DNA of 64,000 bases from Psilocybe cubensis (taxonomy: Eukaryota): positions 3,906,001-3,970,000 of the forward strand of contig CM038999.1 of NCBI GenBank assembly GCA_017499595.2, in the 5' to 3' direction. The notes below the pieces were generated by a model, which was not told the DNA's origin, did not search any database, and saw only the letters and a list, made by a program, of their open reading frames with translations. Each line of letters starts with the position of its first letter. The stretch's first letter is position 1. Positions 23,995 through 38,800 of this stretch are shown here, one piece after another. The translations under genes and the position numbers were made by a program.

Positions 23995-26900
23995 ATGACG
24001 ATCACCTCCAAAGCTGCATCGGTGCTGGGCTATCGAGTGCTTCCAACATCGATAGTTGCTTTACTCTCATATGCAGCGGTTTTTTTCGCTCTTTTATTTA
24101 CGAATTCGCTTTCGAGTGTGCCAACTCCAGTCAAGCAACGAGGCTTGGATTTAGAGCAAGCGTACAAGGACTTGCACCACGTAGGAAATTTTCTCGAGTA
24201 GTTGTCCTGCATGCTTATTTCCCCGTATCCACAGATCGCAGCCAACCCACATCCCTACATTTCCCATGCGAACGACAACGTCCGTGAATATATATTGTCT
24301 CGCGTTCTTTCTCTCGCGGAAAAATACCCACATATACACGTCGACAACGACCTCTCCAGCAACGCCTCATGGTCTGCCTCGCCCAAGTTTGGAGTATATT
24401 TTGAGGGCATGAACGTGTTGGTCAAGGTAGATGGCACGGCAGGGTCGTCGGAGGGTGCTGTTTTGTTCTCGGCTCACTTTGACTCAGTTTCAACTGCCAC
24501 GGGGGCGACGGATGATGGAGCAGGAGTCGTCACGCTCCTGCAGCTTGTTGAATACTTTGCGAAGCACCGTGCCAAAAGGACTGCCATTTTCAACATCAAC
24601 AATGGAGAGGAGGACGGCTTGCATGGAGCACATGCGTTTCTGGAGCATCCATGGTCAAAGGAGACTGATACGTTCCTCAACTTGGAAGGTGCAGCTGCTG
24701 GAGGGTAAGTTTTTCGGAAAACATTTGCACGTCAAGCAACTAATTTCCTTGCAGCCGTCCAATTCTCTTCCGGGCAACATCTATGACTCCAGTTCGCGCG
24801 TTCCGCAACATGAAACTCATCCCCCACCCACATGCCAACGTGCTTTCCTCAGACGCATTCGCGCGAGGCATCATCCGCTCTTGGACCGACTTTTCAATCT
24901 ACTCCGGCCCGGGACCCACCGCAGGCATGAAGGGCCTTGATTTGGCGTTCTACAAAGGCAGGAGCAGGTACCATAGCAAGTACGATTCGGTACAGCACAC
25001 GGTGGGTGGGATCAAGAGTTTGTGGAGTATGCTGGAGGTTGCTAGAGGTGTTGCGGTTGGCTTGCTGAATGTGCCGTTCGACGATAAGCTTAAGGCAGAG
25101 GCTGCGAACATTGATGACGACCCCGTGTATTTCGACTGTAAGCATTGTGTTTTCTTCGTCATTTCGGCTGCTCAAATCAGTATTTTCTCAGTATTCAAGA
25201 GGGTTATTGTTGTATTCCACCTTACGAGCCTTTTGACGTTCAATATCGCAATTCTCATCGCCGGTCCCCTTGTGTTGGTTTTGCTCCTGTTTTTCGAAAA
25301 ATTCTTCCTCAGCGGCCAAGCGAAGCCTGTCTCCCGTCGCTCAGCAGATACCACCGCAGAACCAGCGCCAAACACTAATGGAGACCGCACATCAAGAATT
25401 GGCAATTCACGTTTGAGGTTCTTAGCTGCACGAGCCGCTGCTTCACGCCCTTTGGTTCAGAATGACGATGATCAGTCTGATGTGGGCGATGTTCGGTCGC
25501 CTGTGCAACTGAGACCTAAGAGCGGGGGTGTAATCCATACGATTTGGAGCCATGTCAAATTTTGGTTCGCGTTCGTTCTGGCTGCTGGGCTGTTGGTTCT
25601 GCTTACGTGGGGGTACACCGTTGTTAACCCATTTGTATGTTGCATTTTTTGCTTTTTCTTGAAAACCTGTACCATTGCTAACGACAACTCGCAAATATCT
25701 GTAGGCAATCTACTCCTCGCCATACCTTGTCCTTTTCGCGTTCATGACCCTCACATACCTCGTTTTAATCTTCGTTCTCACATTTCCGTCTTCTCTGCTC
25801 TTCTACCATCCGAAGCCATACCCAAACCCCTCTCATTTCTTGCTCAAACCAGCACAACAACAGAAACACACCATCTTTATCCACCTGTACACGTTTACAT
25901 GGATCCTACTCGTCCTTGGCACCCTAGGAATCACAAAGCTCAACCCAGGTCTAGGAGGAGGATATCTCCTGACGGCATGGAACTTCTGTGTGGGAAGTGG
26001 AGTTGTGATGGGAGTTGTGGAAGGGTTGGTCACGTCTGCGGCATGGAAAGGACACGAGGAAGTGGAGCAGCTTCCAGGCGAGGAAAGGGATACCAGCACG
26101 CGTGCAGGTGACGCGGATGATGATGAGTCGACACCTCTTCTTTGGAGAGGGCAAGAAGGTGAAGATGAAAACGAGGGCACTATGGGCAGGAGCAACAATG
26201 CGGCGTCTCAGCGCCAGCGGGTCAGGAAGAGGGCGAGTAAGCGGGAAGAGGAGGGTGGGGCGGGTACATTGGCGAGTTGGTGGTGGATACCCCAATTTTT
26301 GGTATCGGTGCCGCTCCCTGTTATACTTTGGGGCCATGTAACAATGTTGCTGCTGGATGCCGTTCCGCAGACGATGACGGACGGTGCTTCGCCCTGGAGT
26401 GGTTAGTTACCTCTTATCATCGTTCTGTATCTGTTGTCTGAGCTGATTGTTTTTACAGTGTATGCATTGGTTCTGATGCTGGCGCTCATTTTGGTACTCC
26501 CTCTTGCGCCATTCGCATACAAGCTCCGGCCTAGTCGCCTTCTTACCTATCTCGTGCTCACCATCTTCATTTCCTCGACACTCTACACGATGCTCGCCTT
26601 CCCTTTTTCTGTTGACGCTCCTTTGAAGGTATTCTTCCAGCAACGCGTCGAATTTCCGTCACGCGCCCTGTACGACACTTTGAACCCTGAGCTCAGGCCA
26701 AGAGTCGTCACAGCCATATCGGGTCCGCCGAAGTATATAGTCAAGTCCATCATCGCAAGCTTACCTTCTGCTCAAGGAAAGGATGTATTTTGTAGGGGAG
26801 AGGAAAGTAAATTAGGGCTTTTGTCATGTGAGTGGGAGGTCGAACCGAGGATGTGGCCTTCACCTGGAACGTACATACCCCCTGTATCGTCAACCGCCAG

Positions 26901-27558
26901 TGAAAAGGAGAACGTAGTCGATGTGGATCTGGATACCGCAAAATGGGATGTAGGCCAGCTGTTCAAGGCTTCGGTGAAGAGAAATGGACCATCTACGGCT
27001 TTGGTCAGTGTAACAGGACGCAATACCCGCTCGTGCAGGGTATACTTTGACAGCGGGCCTGCATTTGAGTATAATGTTTGGCCTGCATCGAGCGCGCCTC
27101 GTGCTACTGTTGGTGCCGATCAAAACACCAAGCAGCAGAAACGTACGGATCAGGCAGCATTTACAGCACCTCCGAAGACACATTTGCAAGAGGGATATCA
27201 GATTGGCCCCGCCGGGATCAAGGAGCTTCGTCTTTGGAGCAGGACGTGGGAGAGGCAATTTAAAGTCGAAGTGGACTGGAAGAACGAGACGGATATTGGC
27301 ACACCCGGTATGCATGGCCGCATTGCATGCGTGTGGTCTCAATATGAGAGCGGGATGGTGGATAACGGGGCTCTGTATGACCCTGCTACGGATAATCTTG
27401 GAATTGGGACCCTTGCGGCGAGGGCAAGGCTCATGAGAGAGGAGGATAGGCCAAAGATCCCGGCGTTCGAGGAAGTTTTGGCGTTCCTCCCTGAGTGGGC
27501 TACTGTGTCCAAGCTGACGGATGGGTTGGTGGAGGCTACTGTTCCCTTTTCCGTATGA
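23995..27558 (+). CDS. PFF1: M28-family multi-pass membrane metallopeptidase (Pff1/ERMP1-like)
   Basis: Zinc-binding motifs SAHFDSV, GATDDG, NNGEEDGLHGA, FLNLEGAAAGG, TDFSIY and YHSKYD, followed by several hydrophobic TM segments and a C-terminal domain. Confidence 0.88.
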
Positions 27559-27948
27559 TTTGTGAATGGATCGGTGCGGATATTCATATCGAACTTTGTC
27601 TCTTTTTGAACATACCTTTACTTCTGTTTGATGTAACGTTGCTGAGCCCTCATTTTTTTGATCTGCCGTTGTTTCAACTATCCTGAATTCTGGTGTAAAT
27701 ACTTTACTGTGTAGCATTTATTACAATAAAAGGCATCGGAGAGAATGTCTTGTTTTCAATGCCTTGCGTCTAGTCGACGTGTTCGTCATTTTCAAATGTT
27801 CCAAAGAGTTTCAGGGCTTGCAACCACATTTTGTTGGCTCGTGCAACTGAATATTTTCCCACGTTTCCTCATCCTCCAACGACAACTATCTACTTGTTAC
27901 CCCCTTGTTTTTTTCTTTGAATTGTAAGCTTTGACTGACTTAGGTGTG

Positions 27949-28897
27949 ATGGCGGACGATCCGTGTCTTTATATGAGCATCAGCTCTGTGGTATCGGGGC
28001 CCAACAGCAAATCATTTGAGGTGCGCCCTTGTGTCGTTCAGTGTTTCAGCTATATATCTATCTTAATCATTTCGGTTTTTCTGTTTTTGCTGGTTGTATG
28101 AACAGGAAGTACGAATAGAGGATTATATAAAAGCTTATCAGACTACAGGACGTCCGCCACTTCCAGTCCCACAGGAGCCGGTGGATGAGTTTCAGAGAAA
28201 GACGTTGAATTTACCCCCGTTATTCAAACCATACAGTCCCTCGGGTCCTTCCAATCCATTTCTAAAGCAGGCAACGATTACGAATCCACAGGATATTCCT
28301 CCAGGACAAGAATTCCGTGCGCTAAAAAAGACCGAGTTGAGCGAGACGATGATTTTCCAGTCAATGTCGTGTATGAATGAGTATTGCCATTTCAGCCCTG
28401 AGGTGCGTTGTATTTAGTTTCTCTGTTGAAAGGTTTCTGCTGATATGCAGGCATATATTATATAGGAGCTGAGATATTATGCATATCTGCGTGGTTATAT
28501 CAAACCACCTGTTCCGGTTGCAATGGATCCCTTCGTGCAGCCGCATGTTGCGCCTTCAGGCGGATTTACGGCTCAAGAACCAACCACCGAAAAGCTCCAA
28601 AACATCTGCACAGAACTTGCGTACAGCAAACACAGTCCAGAGGTGCGAACTCTGAGCGCATGTGGAGCATTCTGCGCGGTGAGCTGATACTCCATGCAGG
28701 AACTCCGTGTGGCATACATGTTGCATGGGAGGCAGTTGACATCTGCAGAGCTTTTACAAACGCCATCCGCTCCGGGTGCTTTGTTCTCGCAGCCTGCGCT
28801 GGGCATGTCCAGTATACCCTCGAACGTCACACAACCCATATTCTCCGCTCCTCCTGCTGCTCCATCAGCACCCAAGTTTACCTTTGGGTTGCGGTAG
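27949..28897 (+). CDS. Small protein with three GLEBS-like (Nup98/Nup116 Gle2-binding) motifs
   Basis: Spliced product has MSISS...KSFEEVRIEDY, FQSMSCMNEYCHFSPEELRYYAY and LQNICTELAYSKHSPEELRVAY; ends KFTFGLR. Confidence 0.6.
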
Positions 28898-29230
28898 CTT
28901 CTATCTCAGGGCGCTTTTGCGAAGTTTTCTGGACATGATGCGGTTGATTTTTTGTAGTATATCCTGTAACATAATAAAAAGCACATTACTCGGAAAAATC
29001 TAATGACCATGTGTAGTACTAATAATTCTTGTAAACTGCATTGCACAGAAACTGAATCAAGTTTTGTATAAGTGTTGCCCCTGCGTGGCCTTGTGTGCGT
29101 CGTGTGGTATGCGACATGCTTGTTTTGGCCGCGTGTTTGGTTCAAGGGATATCGGAGTTTGAATCAAACACTGCTCCATCATGGAAGCCGGTGCACCGTG
29201 CTCTGATGTTGGAACTCGTCCGCGACGACG

Positions 29231-32200
29231 ATGAATGTAAGTTAACGAATCCATCCTAGAACCTTGCTAACATTGCTCTAGAACTTACTACGGACGCTCA
29301 CCGAGAGCCAGGTGAAGCCAGCAACAGACCTCAGGCTCCTATTGACCACAGTAAAGGAGGGTCGGGTATGTGCTGTGTAATCTAAGCTTGGAAGCTAAAG
29401 GCTAACCCAACATAGCGTCAGAACTACGACTCGAAGCTCTCAGATCCTTTCTACGACTCCTTGGAGGGATTGCTACTTGATTTGAAAACCATCACTATCG
29501 TGAGTGGCATAATGAAAGTTCCAACGACGCGTCTGAGGGGTTATTTCAAATATAGGACAACCATGATGCCGAGGCCTTTCTTAAACCCGTATCCAAGACT
29601 GAAGTACCAGATTACTATGAAGGTGAGCAGGAAATCTTTACCTGATGAGATAGTATCTGATGTGTTGGATGCCACAGTCATTCAACACCCGATGGATTTC
29701 CAGACAATGCTCAAAAAGGTCAAACAAAAGCAATACAAATCTAAACGGGAATTCCAGGATGACTTGGACCTCATCTGGTCCAACTGCTTAACATACAATG
29801 CTACCGAGGTGTGTTGAGTTATACGTGCCACTCTGTGGACCATTGTTCAATTCCTCTTTTAGAACCACCCTCTTCGGCCTTGTGTAAAACGGCTGAAGGC
29901 CAAAGCAGAGAAACTCTTAAAGCATATCACCGATCGCAAGGAGCGGACGGACCCTCCTATACCTTCCGACCTTCCTCGAGCCAACGGTCGATCAGCGTCG
30001 CATACGCGCTCACCTTCAATCAACATGTCGAGGTCTTCTATCATCATTCCTGCGCGACCCCGACGAGGCGTCGCGTTCGCTGAATCTCCTGCAATCATTC
30101 GTACCCCCGAGGGAATGTCACTTTTTCGAGATTTGGATCGTCAACTCGACTCAGCAAGGCCACCGAGCAACCTCGCGCAGACACTTAAGGAGCTGGCTCC
30201 CAGCACTGAATACGAAAGTGACACTGAGCCGGCGGAGTCAAGTTCAACGGGAGATAAACGCAAGATGAACGGTGCACCGGCGCGTCCACGGAAGAGGGCA
30301 AGATTTGACGACAACGATGTATCACAGATGTGGTGGGACGCTGTGCAGTCTGATAGTCTCATCGGCAATGGTCTCCCCGCAATTCCCTTCGGTCCATCCT
30401 CGAGTACACGAACTAAGCCGAAGAAGAAGAAACAGAAACAGAAACAACCGCCGCCACCCGTCAACCCCAAATCTTTGTTGTCGTTGATGAACACGAATAT
30501 CAAGACGATGCGGCGGCTGCGGCATACCCACGCGAAGTTTACAGCGTTGAATGCGATGACTGCGCCACAGGAAGACGAAGAGCAGCAGATAGGTATGGAA
30601 ATGTATCCAGTGGCATCAGGAAGCAAGGGCCCTGGGTTAGCGGCTGCTGCGAGCTATGGCATTGGTGCCGACGACGATGTGATCGATGAGAAAATTGATG
30701 AAGCACCGTGGGTGATTGGCAGAGGGAAGGCGAAAACTCCATCCAAGTTGGCTGGCATTGAGATGGGGGAAGCGAACGCTTCGGATTGTTTGCATTGGGC
30801 AACGGACAAGATTTTGGAACATGTTGGATTCCAAGGTAGGTCGTTTTTGTTTTTTCATGATGGCTTACCTTTATTTATATGTATCAAAGGCACTTCAACC
30901 GTTGCCCGTAACGTTCTGGCTGATGTTACCGCGGAATATCTGCAAAATGTTGGCCGAACAATACGGTTCCTATCTGATAAGTTCGGGAAGGTCATGACTC
31001 CAGAGGTATGTGTTCATGGAAACAATGGGGTGTTTTTTTGCCTTATCTTTTGTTGGTAGGAAATCATTCTTCATACATTGTTCGAGAGTGGTTCATCAAA
31101 GGTGCAAGATCTGGAAAGATACATCTCTGATGATATTGAAAGATACGGTTCTCGGTTGGGCGAACTGGAGAAGAAGATGGTCAGCGCATACAGAGAAACT
31201 GTGAGTAACAATTTTTTGCAACGATACACTTGGTGCTGATATTTTGCTCAGGCTGCTGGTGAAGTTTTGGAAGATGAGGGATTGTTTGAGGAGGAAGATG
31301 ATGAAGAAACCGGGGCATTGGCTATGTGCGTACTTCTTTCATTTACATGTAGGATGCCGCTGACTGGATGGGTATACATAGGGGTGACTTTGCGGATCTA
31401 TTAGGAGAAGATTATTTGGGGTTCCGGGAACTGGGTATCGCTGCGGAGTTGGGACTTTCAAATCTCTCAATTCCCAAGAAGTTGCTCAAGAGCAAGAAAG
31501 GCCAAAACAAACCTACTGCGTGCGTAAACTTTTCGCTATCTCCTCATTTGCTTGGAATGTTAATATCTTATCTTCAGTGCCAAACCAACCGAGCCACCTC
31601 CTCCTTACCCTCCGCCACCGCCATTTATCCCGCTCACAGCTGGAAAAGTGGAGGACCAAATTGGGTTGCTCAAGCCTTATTACCAGAACCGGTTTACGCA
31701 ACTTGCCGCCTCTCTGGCGCCGCCCCCGGCTCCTGCTGGTCCGTCATTACCAGGGCCTGCCATGGGCTTGCCGGGTCCTCCCTCACTTCCTGGGCCTTCA
31801 ATGCTACCACCACCACCTCCTGTACCGAACGTGGCTGGAAATGTACCTCCGCCATCGAACCCTCCTCCTGCTCCGACACCCACGATCAGCCCCGATCTTG
31901 CGCTTCCAGACGAATTGCCCAACTCTTCGCAGATGAAGATTGGGCCTATTGGACAGATTGTCAAGGCTGGTTTGGCAACCGCTGCGAAGAAGAAAGCGAG
32001 ATTGGAGAATGCTGGACCGCCTCCTGCACCGGGTACGCCTGGTGGAAGTGTTCCCGTTCCCCCTGTTCTCGATGCAAATGGACAGCCAATAGCTGCTCCT
32101 CCTGGTGCAGCAGGTGCAGGTGCATCGCCCAAGAAAAAGAAGAACTTGGGCGTAGGGTCTGGAAATGGACGTAAGAAGAAGCCTGATGGTACAGCGCCTG

Positions 32201-32289
32201 TCAATGGTGGCGGATCTGGTGGGTATGGCGGTGGGCAGGGCCCACAGGGAGGACCTACTCTCCCACCTGTTGTAACCGCCAGTGCGTGA
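29231..32289 (+). CDS. SPT7: SAGA subunit Spt7 (bromodomain + histone fold)
   Basis: Bromodomain AEAFLKPVSKTEVPDYYE..IQHPMDF..DDLDLIWSNCLTYN; histone fold ILEHVGFQG...EYLQNVGRTIR...EEIILHTLFE; GDFADLLGEDYLGFRELGI motif. Confidence 0.88.
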
Positions 32290-32760
32290 AGCACAACATC
32301 ACCCACTTGCCACGGCGAGTGTCCGTAGCTGACGCATAATTCGCGTTCAAATGAGTCACATAGACTGCAGATAAGCTGTTGCGCAGCCAAGGATATTCTT
32401 TTTTTTTTTGCGTTCTTGGGCAAAGCCTTGAGCTTGCCACGGTTGGTTTTCTTTCTCGCTTTGAACTCCCATGACATGCTATTATACTTATTGATTTTTT
32501 TTCGCCCATTGTACTGGAATTTAGTGTAACACAATCATCACTGTTATTTTATCAAACAAACTGAGCGAGATAATGTAAGATGAGCCAACTGTCACGGCGC
32601 TTTCAATCTACCTTGAGGCGGTGTAAATAGAAACGCGCGAGCGTACCCCTGAAAAGGAAATTCGAGATAATCACAGGATCGGCTAAGCCCGCGACAAGGG
32701 AGTGATATAAACTGCCTGGACCACCGCCAGAGTCAACTTTCATTCCAACTTTCATCAATA

Positions 32761-33937
32761 ATGTCTTACGGTGTACGTTCGGTGGTTTCTTGCATTAGAA
32801 CTTATTTTGTTCAACGGCGTTTTGACTACAGAACTACGGACCCCCACCTGGCGGATATGGAGGACCTCCACCACCACCTGGTGGCTACGGTGCACCACCC
32901 CCAGGAGGCTATGGTGCACCTCCACCACCTGGAGGATATGGCGCTCCTGTAAGCTTTTAGGTGGAAATTGCTCTGGAAGATTTGCTGAATATTTGCAGTC
33001 ATATGGTGGAGGATTTGCAGCCCCTGGCCCGCGCGGCGCGCCCCCTGGAGCTGATCCCCAGTGAGCATCTACAAGACTGTCGTTTAAGCAATGGAAATAT
33101 TGATTCTGGAAATGGCGAGCGCAGGCTCTGGAACTGGTTCTCCACCGTCGATACCGACCGATCCGGTGCGATTACCGCTACTGAGCTCGGTGAGTGCATT
33201 AGATCCATCGCGTGATGCGAATTGGCTGGACGGCGCGATTACTAAAGATCGCCGGTGCAGAGCGGGCTCTTATCAACGGAGATTGGACTCGTGAGTGGTT
33301 TTCTTGTATGTTTTGAAAACAGCGCTCATGTACCGTAGCGTTTGACCTTGACACCGTCAAACTTTTGATGTCAATTTTCGTGCGTGGACAAATCTTGTCT
33401 TATGACGCTTACTGTCTGATCACATTGACAGGACACCGACCGCAGTGGAACAATCGGATTCAATGAGTTCTCAGGTCTTTGGAAATATGTCAAGGACTGG
33501 CAGAATGTGTTCAAGCACTTCGATCGTGACCGCTCGGGCACCATCGATGGTGGAGAGCTGCGTGAGGCTCTTGGCCAGTTTGGGTCAGCCCTTGTTATCA
33601 ATCGCAAAAGTTGTATCTTATCAAACTGTCCCTTTATCCAGATACAACCTAAACCCCCAACTTCTTGACCTCGTTCAGAAGAAATATGGTGATCGCATTA
33701 TCTCTTTTTTCTGCTTCCTTATACTTACGAAGGCTACCCTTTGGGGTAGATGTTAAAGCCAATCAAGCCACTGGACGTGGAGTCCCTGCCCCTGGCATTT
33801 CGTTTGATCGCTTTGTCCGCGCCTGTGTCGTCGTCAAGCAGCTCAGCGAGGCATTCCAGAAGCTCGATACCGACCGCGATGGCTGGATTCAGATCAACTA
33901 TGATCAATTCATGCACACCGTTCTCAGCCTTCCTTGA
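32761..33937 (+). CDS. PEF1: Penta-EF-hand calcium-binding protein (peflin/ALG-2-like)
   Basis: G/P/Y-rich N-terminus; EF loops DTDRSGAITATEL, DTDRSGTIGFNEF, DRDRSGTIDGGEL and DTDRDGWIQINY. Confidence 0.9.
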
Positions 33938-34293
33938 ACACAGTCCAGAGCTCAGTCCAAGCCCAAGTCTGCTAAGAATTTGTATTTGTCCTCTGAAGAT
34001 ACGGACATCCATGTAGCTGAATTATGTTTCTTTGTTAAATTTTATATATAACATACTTCTCGTGGCCTCTTTCTTTTCGTCTTGCGACTGGCAAGAAACG
34101 TGAAGATCGAATGCAATGGCAGTGGACGCGATGCGCTCCTATTTTCTGTGACGTAAACCACCTGATTGCGACGCGTTTTGAGTCACACTTTGATGATGAG
34201 CGCTTTTTGTTCCGACAACAGGTTGACTCATCTGCTCATGTTTTCTTTGTTCTGTAAACTCTGAATCTATATCATTTACCCCAACTATCTACA

Positions 34294-35693
34294 ATGCGTC
34301 TTGAGAATACAGAAAGAACACTAGAGAACAATATACCGGTTGCGCTATTCACCTACAACGAAACAAGCAAATTCGTACGCGTTTGGGAAGACTATGAAGT
34401 GTGTAGTGGTTTGACGACGGCGCGATTTCTGAGATTTGACTGATGAGTGTGAACGTCTTCAAGGATACCATTGACAATGTTTGCGCAGCATTTGGAATCT
34501 CTCGGCTTGACGGGGCTATATCCCTCCTAACGTCCTCTCTGGACATCTGCAAAGGACGGGACGTCGCGATCGACAAAAGCGCGTTCCCTTTGATGTGGAA
34601 GTTCCTTGATGAGCTGAATGTATGCGTTGATACACAGCAGAGAGGAGAAGGTGAGCGCACTTGGCTCTTGTGGATAGGAGAACAGTGGGCTTAAACTGTA
34701 TGTTTGCCTTCAGCTGCAGCGGCAACAGCGGGTTCCCCGATGAGAGCGGACAATGATCCTGAATGGGTTACACGGACGGCCCCACAAGATACTCTCGTAC
34801 CCCATGAAGACGCCATTCCCATTGCTTCTTCAATCCCGCAAGATGATATTGAACCCACGGAAGTCGAAGAGCAGGCGCCGCCTGAAAGGCGGTGGGAAGA
34901 TCGAATATGGGAAGAGGAGATCAACGAGGAAGAACATGCTTTGGCTGTAGAAGAGAACCCCCATCGCGAATCACCCCCAAGGGACCTTGAACCAGAACCC
35001 GAACCCGAACCAGAGCCGGAGCCAGAGCCGGAGCCGGAAATACCTTCTCAAAGGAATAAAAAGTTCAAAGCCGCTGCTACTATCAGTCGCTCGTCTTCAA
35101 CGACGCATAATAATGGTATATCTATCTATCTGATGCGCGTCGTCACGCAAAATTTTCTCTGATCCCACACCCCAGATGCATTCCCCCGTGTAAAACAGGA
35201 AAAAGTATCTCATTCATCACACGAAGGTGGGTTACTATCAACACTATTTTTTACTTCCCTTGATTGACGTAAATTCTATGTAGAGGCACCGAGACGAGAA
35301 CGAAGTCCTAGGAAGGATAATCAAATGGCTGGCCCGTCTGACGATCCCCGCTTTGAAATCACTATCATCGGACCAGGGGGCGCTTATGCACAGTTCAAAA
35401 CCCGTGGTAAGCATCAAGTAAGGAAAGTGTTAGCGGCTGCATGCAAAACATTTGACATGGACGAGGCACAGTGAGTTTTTTTTTGCTTTGCCTTTGGTGC
35501 TCTATCGTATCTGATATCATGGGTAACATGTAGCTCGGAATTGGTTCTCAGTTTGTCTGTGGAAGATGACGATGGAAATTTTGATGACCATAGCTTTGTG
35601 TGTGTGCCTGAGGAGACTATCCAAGAAAGCGGGGTAAATGCTGGATCTAAGTTATACGTTAGGGAACGAGCACAGAGTGTGGGGTTGGATTAG
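34294..35693 (+). CDS. Hypothetical protein with a probable C-terminal ubiquitin/SUMO-like domain and an acidic EP-repeat linker
   Basis: Multi-exon; C-terminal FEITIIGP..AQFKTRGKHQVRKVLAAACKTF...EETIQESGVNAGSKLYV fits a beta-grasp pattern; (EP)n tract at ~34988-35040. Confidence 0.5.
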
Positions 35694-35848
35694 AGTTCGT
35701 TCGAATTTCAGTCTCGCACATACTATATCATATTATGAACGATTGTTGTAGATCTAGCGGTTGTCTCGGCATTCCACATTACCTCCTCCGTTAATTTTAT
35801 TCTTGACTGGTTTCTAACTGTGGCGTATAGACAAATATTTCCAGTGAT

Positions 35849-38800
35849 TCAGTAGCCAAAATGTACGTATGGAACCCATTTCAGTAGTCCAAGCTCACTA
35901 TTTCCAAGATTCTGTCGAACCACTGATGTAGCATGGTCGAGGGCATAGGCAGCAAGATTACCGTCCAATCCGTTTGATCCCATCCTGCCTAACAAATACC
36001 TATAGAACTCCTCTGCAAACAATGGGCCGTGCTTGTCTGAGATATTCCACATCGTACCCACCACTCCATGATACCCAGTTGCAAGCATTCCAGCGGCAAT
36101 ATGGACTACCTCCTCCGATAACTTGCTGTCACCCGTTCCAGTTTGGCATGCAGCCAAGAATGCTACGCGTTTATTTTGGGTGTGCTTTTGCATTGTTTCG
36201 AGTAATTCCAGGCGACCATCATGCAAGCAAAGGCCACTCGACAGAGCGTTGTTGGGATCTTGAATCCCATGGCATGCAAAGTGTACCCAACCGTGTGCGT
36301 CTAATTCATTTTTGACCCTGTCACGAGTTGCATCAGCGTTTTCTAATAATAGTGTGTTTATCCCTGATTTCTCCAAAAGGGATTTGATTGCTTGGGTCTC
36401 TGTCTTTGTGGATGGTATAGATGGGAGACCTGGCGTCCATTGTTGGCTGACCAGAAGAACACTGGTCTTTGCACATCTCCCAGAAGATGATTTTTCGAAC
36501 TTCTCGGTTAGGGAACGCACCGTCGGTGTATAGGATGAGATTACAAAGTCAGCGACGCTGATTTGTTCCTTCGGCCCATACACACCAGCTGCATGCAGTG
36601 GAAGGAATGAAAGTGGTCCCGATGGGCACCACCATAATCGGGGTCGATCTGATCGTTTTGGGGGTATCTGTATTGGTATTTAAAATGTTAACAATTATAA
36701 TGGAGGGTAGCAAGGGATCCCTACAGTGTATGCGAGCACGTCGAATATTGGTTTCACTACATTGAACCAAAGAACCTCTAGTATGAGGCGAATAGAGCTA
36801 TCGAGTGACACCGCTGCACCACGATTTTCTGACCCAGTAGACCGATTCTTCAGAGCATCGACCTGAAGTGTTTCGTAAAGTGCTTTTGCTTTGTCTTGAC
36901 TGAAGTCTTTCAGTGGAATATGAATTGGGGCATTTACTCCATGCAAAAGTGCCATCGCATCGCAGCGATCACCATTGATATTGAATAAAATCACTGGGCC
37001 GTCCCGAGGTAGGGTAGAGAGGAGCTTCGCTATTTTGCAGGGCTGGAGAAAATCTTCAAAACCTGCCATCTGTCGAATTACTTCAAGTACCGCGTTATAC
37101 TCTGCCGCTGTACGGCTATGGAGAAGTGTGGTGTCGTGCGATCGGGCTCCATCCTCGAGTGTCTCGTGAAGAGATGGACCTATGCTAGACCGGACACCAA
37201 GATGCTCCAACAAATGCGCACTTTTTGTGAACCTGTCAGCCAAAGACGGATTCGTCTCGCGAAGACGGTCGACTGATGTTCGAAGCTCGTCGATCTGATT
37301 CCACACCAAGCAGCGGCCGTGCTCCAACCATTCTACAGCTGTATCAAAGCGGCTGACATTCAACGCGGCAGCCACCCCGCATTGTAAGAGATTCGAATAC
37401 TTATGAAGATTGACATGACGGTGATGAATTGTTTGTTCAATCCCAGCTACTTCCGAAAGCAAGCGGACTAGAAGCTCATAATGCGGAATGGAAGAAGATG
37501 GATCGAACACCTGCGATATCAACGCTGCACCTTTGGCACAGTCAAGGCGCGTGGCAGGTAGCCCCATTGCTCGAGCACCGCGGCTATAGTGAGCTATTGC
37601 GGAACGAATATCCGCTAAGCTTCTTGTCTTCTTGAAGCGGTGTACGTTGAAGTCTCCAAAATTCTTGAGATATTCAGGAAGGTTGACATGATCAGCTGGC
37701 GTTGATCCTACCACATTCTCCTGGTACGATATAGCATGTCCGATGTCGCTGAGATCATTCGTAAAAGAGAAGCGACACGAATACGAAGACGCGATGTTGG
37801 CTAGAAAAACAGGCCGGTCCATGTGGCCTGCTGGAGTGGCTTCGAGTGCACGCCTATGGTACAATATTGCAGACGAAATGTCAGTTGGATCACCACTTTG
37901 TTGATATGCATATAGATATGAATTTCCTAAATTACTGAGGCGTCCCGGAAGATCTGCGTGTCCGGTTGGGGTAGCCTCCAATGCTTTTAGATGGTGGGTT
38001 ATTGCCGACTCAATATCGGTTCTTTGACCGGTTTTCTGAAAGCGACGTAATGCAGAATTACCAAGGCCAACTAAAGAATCAGCTTTACAAAAATGACTCG
38101 CAGGGGCTATTTTCAGGGCCATTTCGTGGTGGGAAATTCCGTGGTTGATATCAGCCATGTCTCCAGACCTTTCGAAACGACGTGCGTAAGAATTCCCAAG
38201 GCTTAGGTGGAATAAAGCCAGTGAAGCAGGATCGTCAGGGTTAGAATTCAGTGCCCTCTGGTGGTAATGCAGTGCAAAATCTACGTCGGTTAGGTTTCCC
38301 GTCCTTTCAAAGCAGCGCAAATACGAAGTTCCAAGGTTCTTCAGCAAGGTGGGATAGTCAGGGCAGCTTGAAGGAGTCAGGTATACAGCTTTCTGATGGT
38401 AAAAGATTGCTGATTTTATGTCGGAAATATGTGCACCATGTGCAAATCTGTACGAGTATGCGTTGGCCAAGTCGTCAAGCATACCAGCATATTTTGAAGG
38501 AACGGGAACAAGGTTCATGTTTAGAACGCTCTTCGAGAAAGAGTCAACAGCAGTGTTGAGCGGAGTAAGGTCATCTCCAGAGAAGACAGTAGGGTATACA
38601 GCTTGTCTCAAATACGATATGGCTGTTTCATTGTCGAGGATATTCCCTCCTCGAATATATCGGTTTAGGTATAATTTCCCCAAAGTTCCTAAATGACTGA
38701 AGAGATCGACGTGGCCGGAGGGGGTGCACTGCAAGGCCTGGTTGAGATAGTAGATTGCGGAGTTCTCGTGATGTATATCACCAGTCTGATTGAAACGTAG

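Noticed and set aside
31680-32534. 284-aa minus-strand ORF
   Set aside because: It is antisense to the proline-rich last exon of SPT7.
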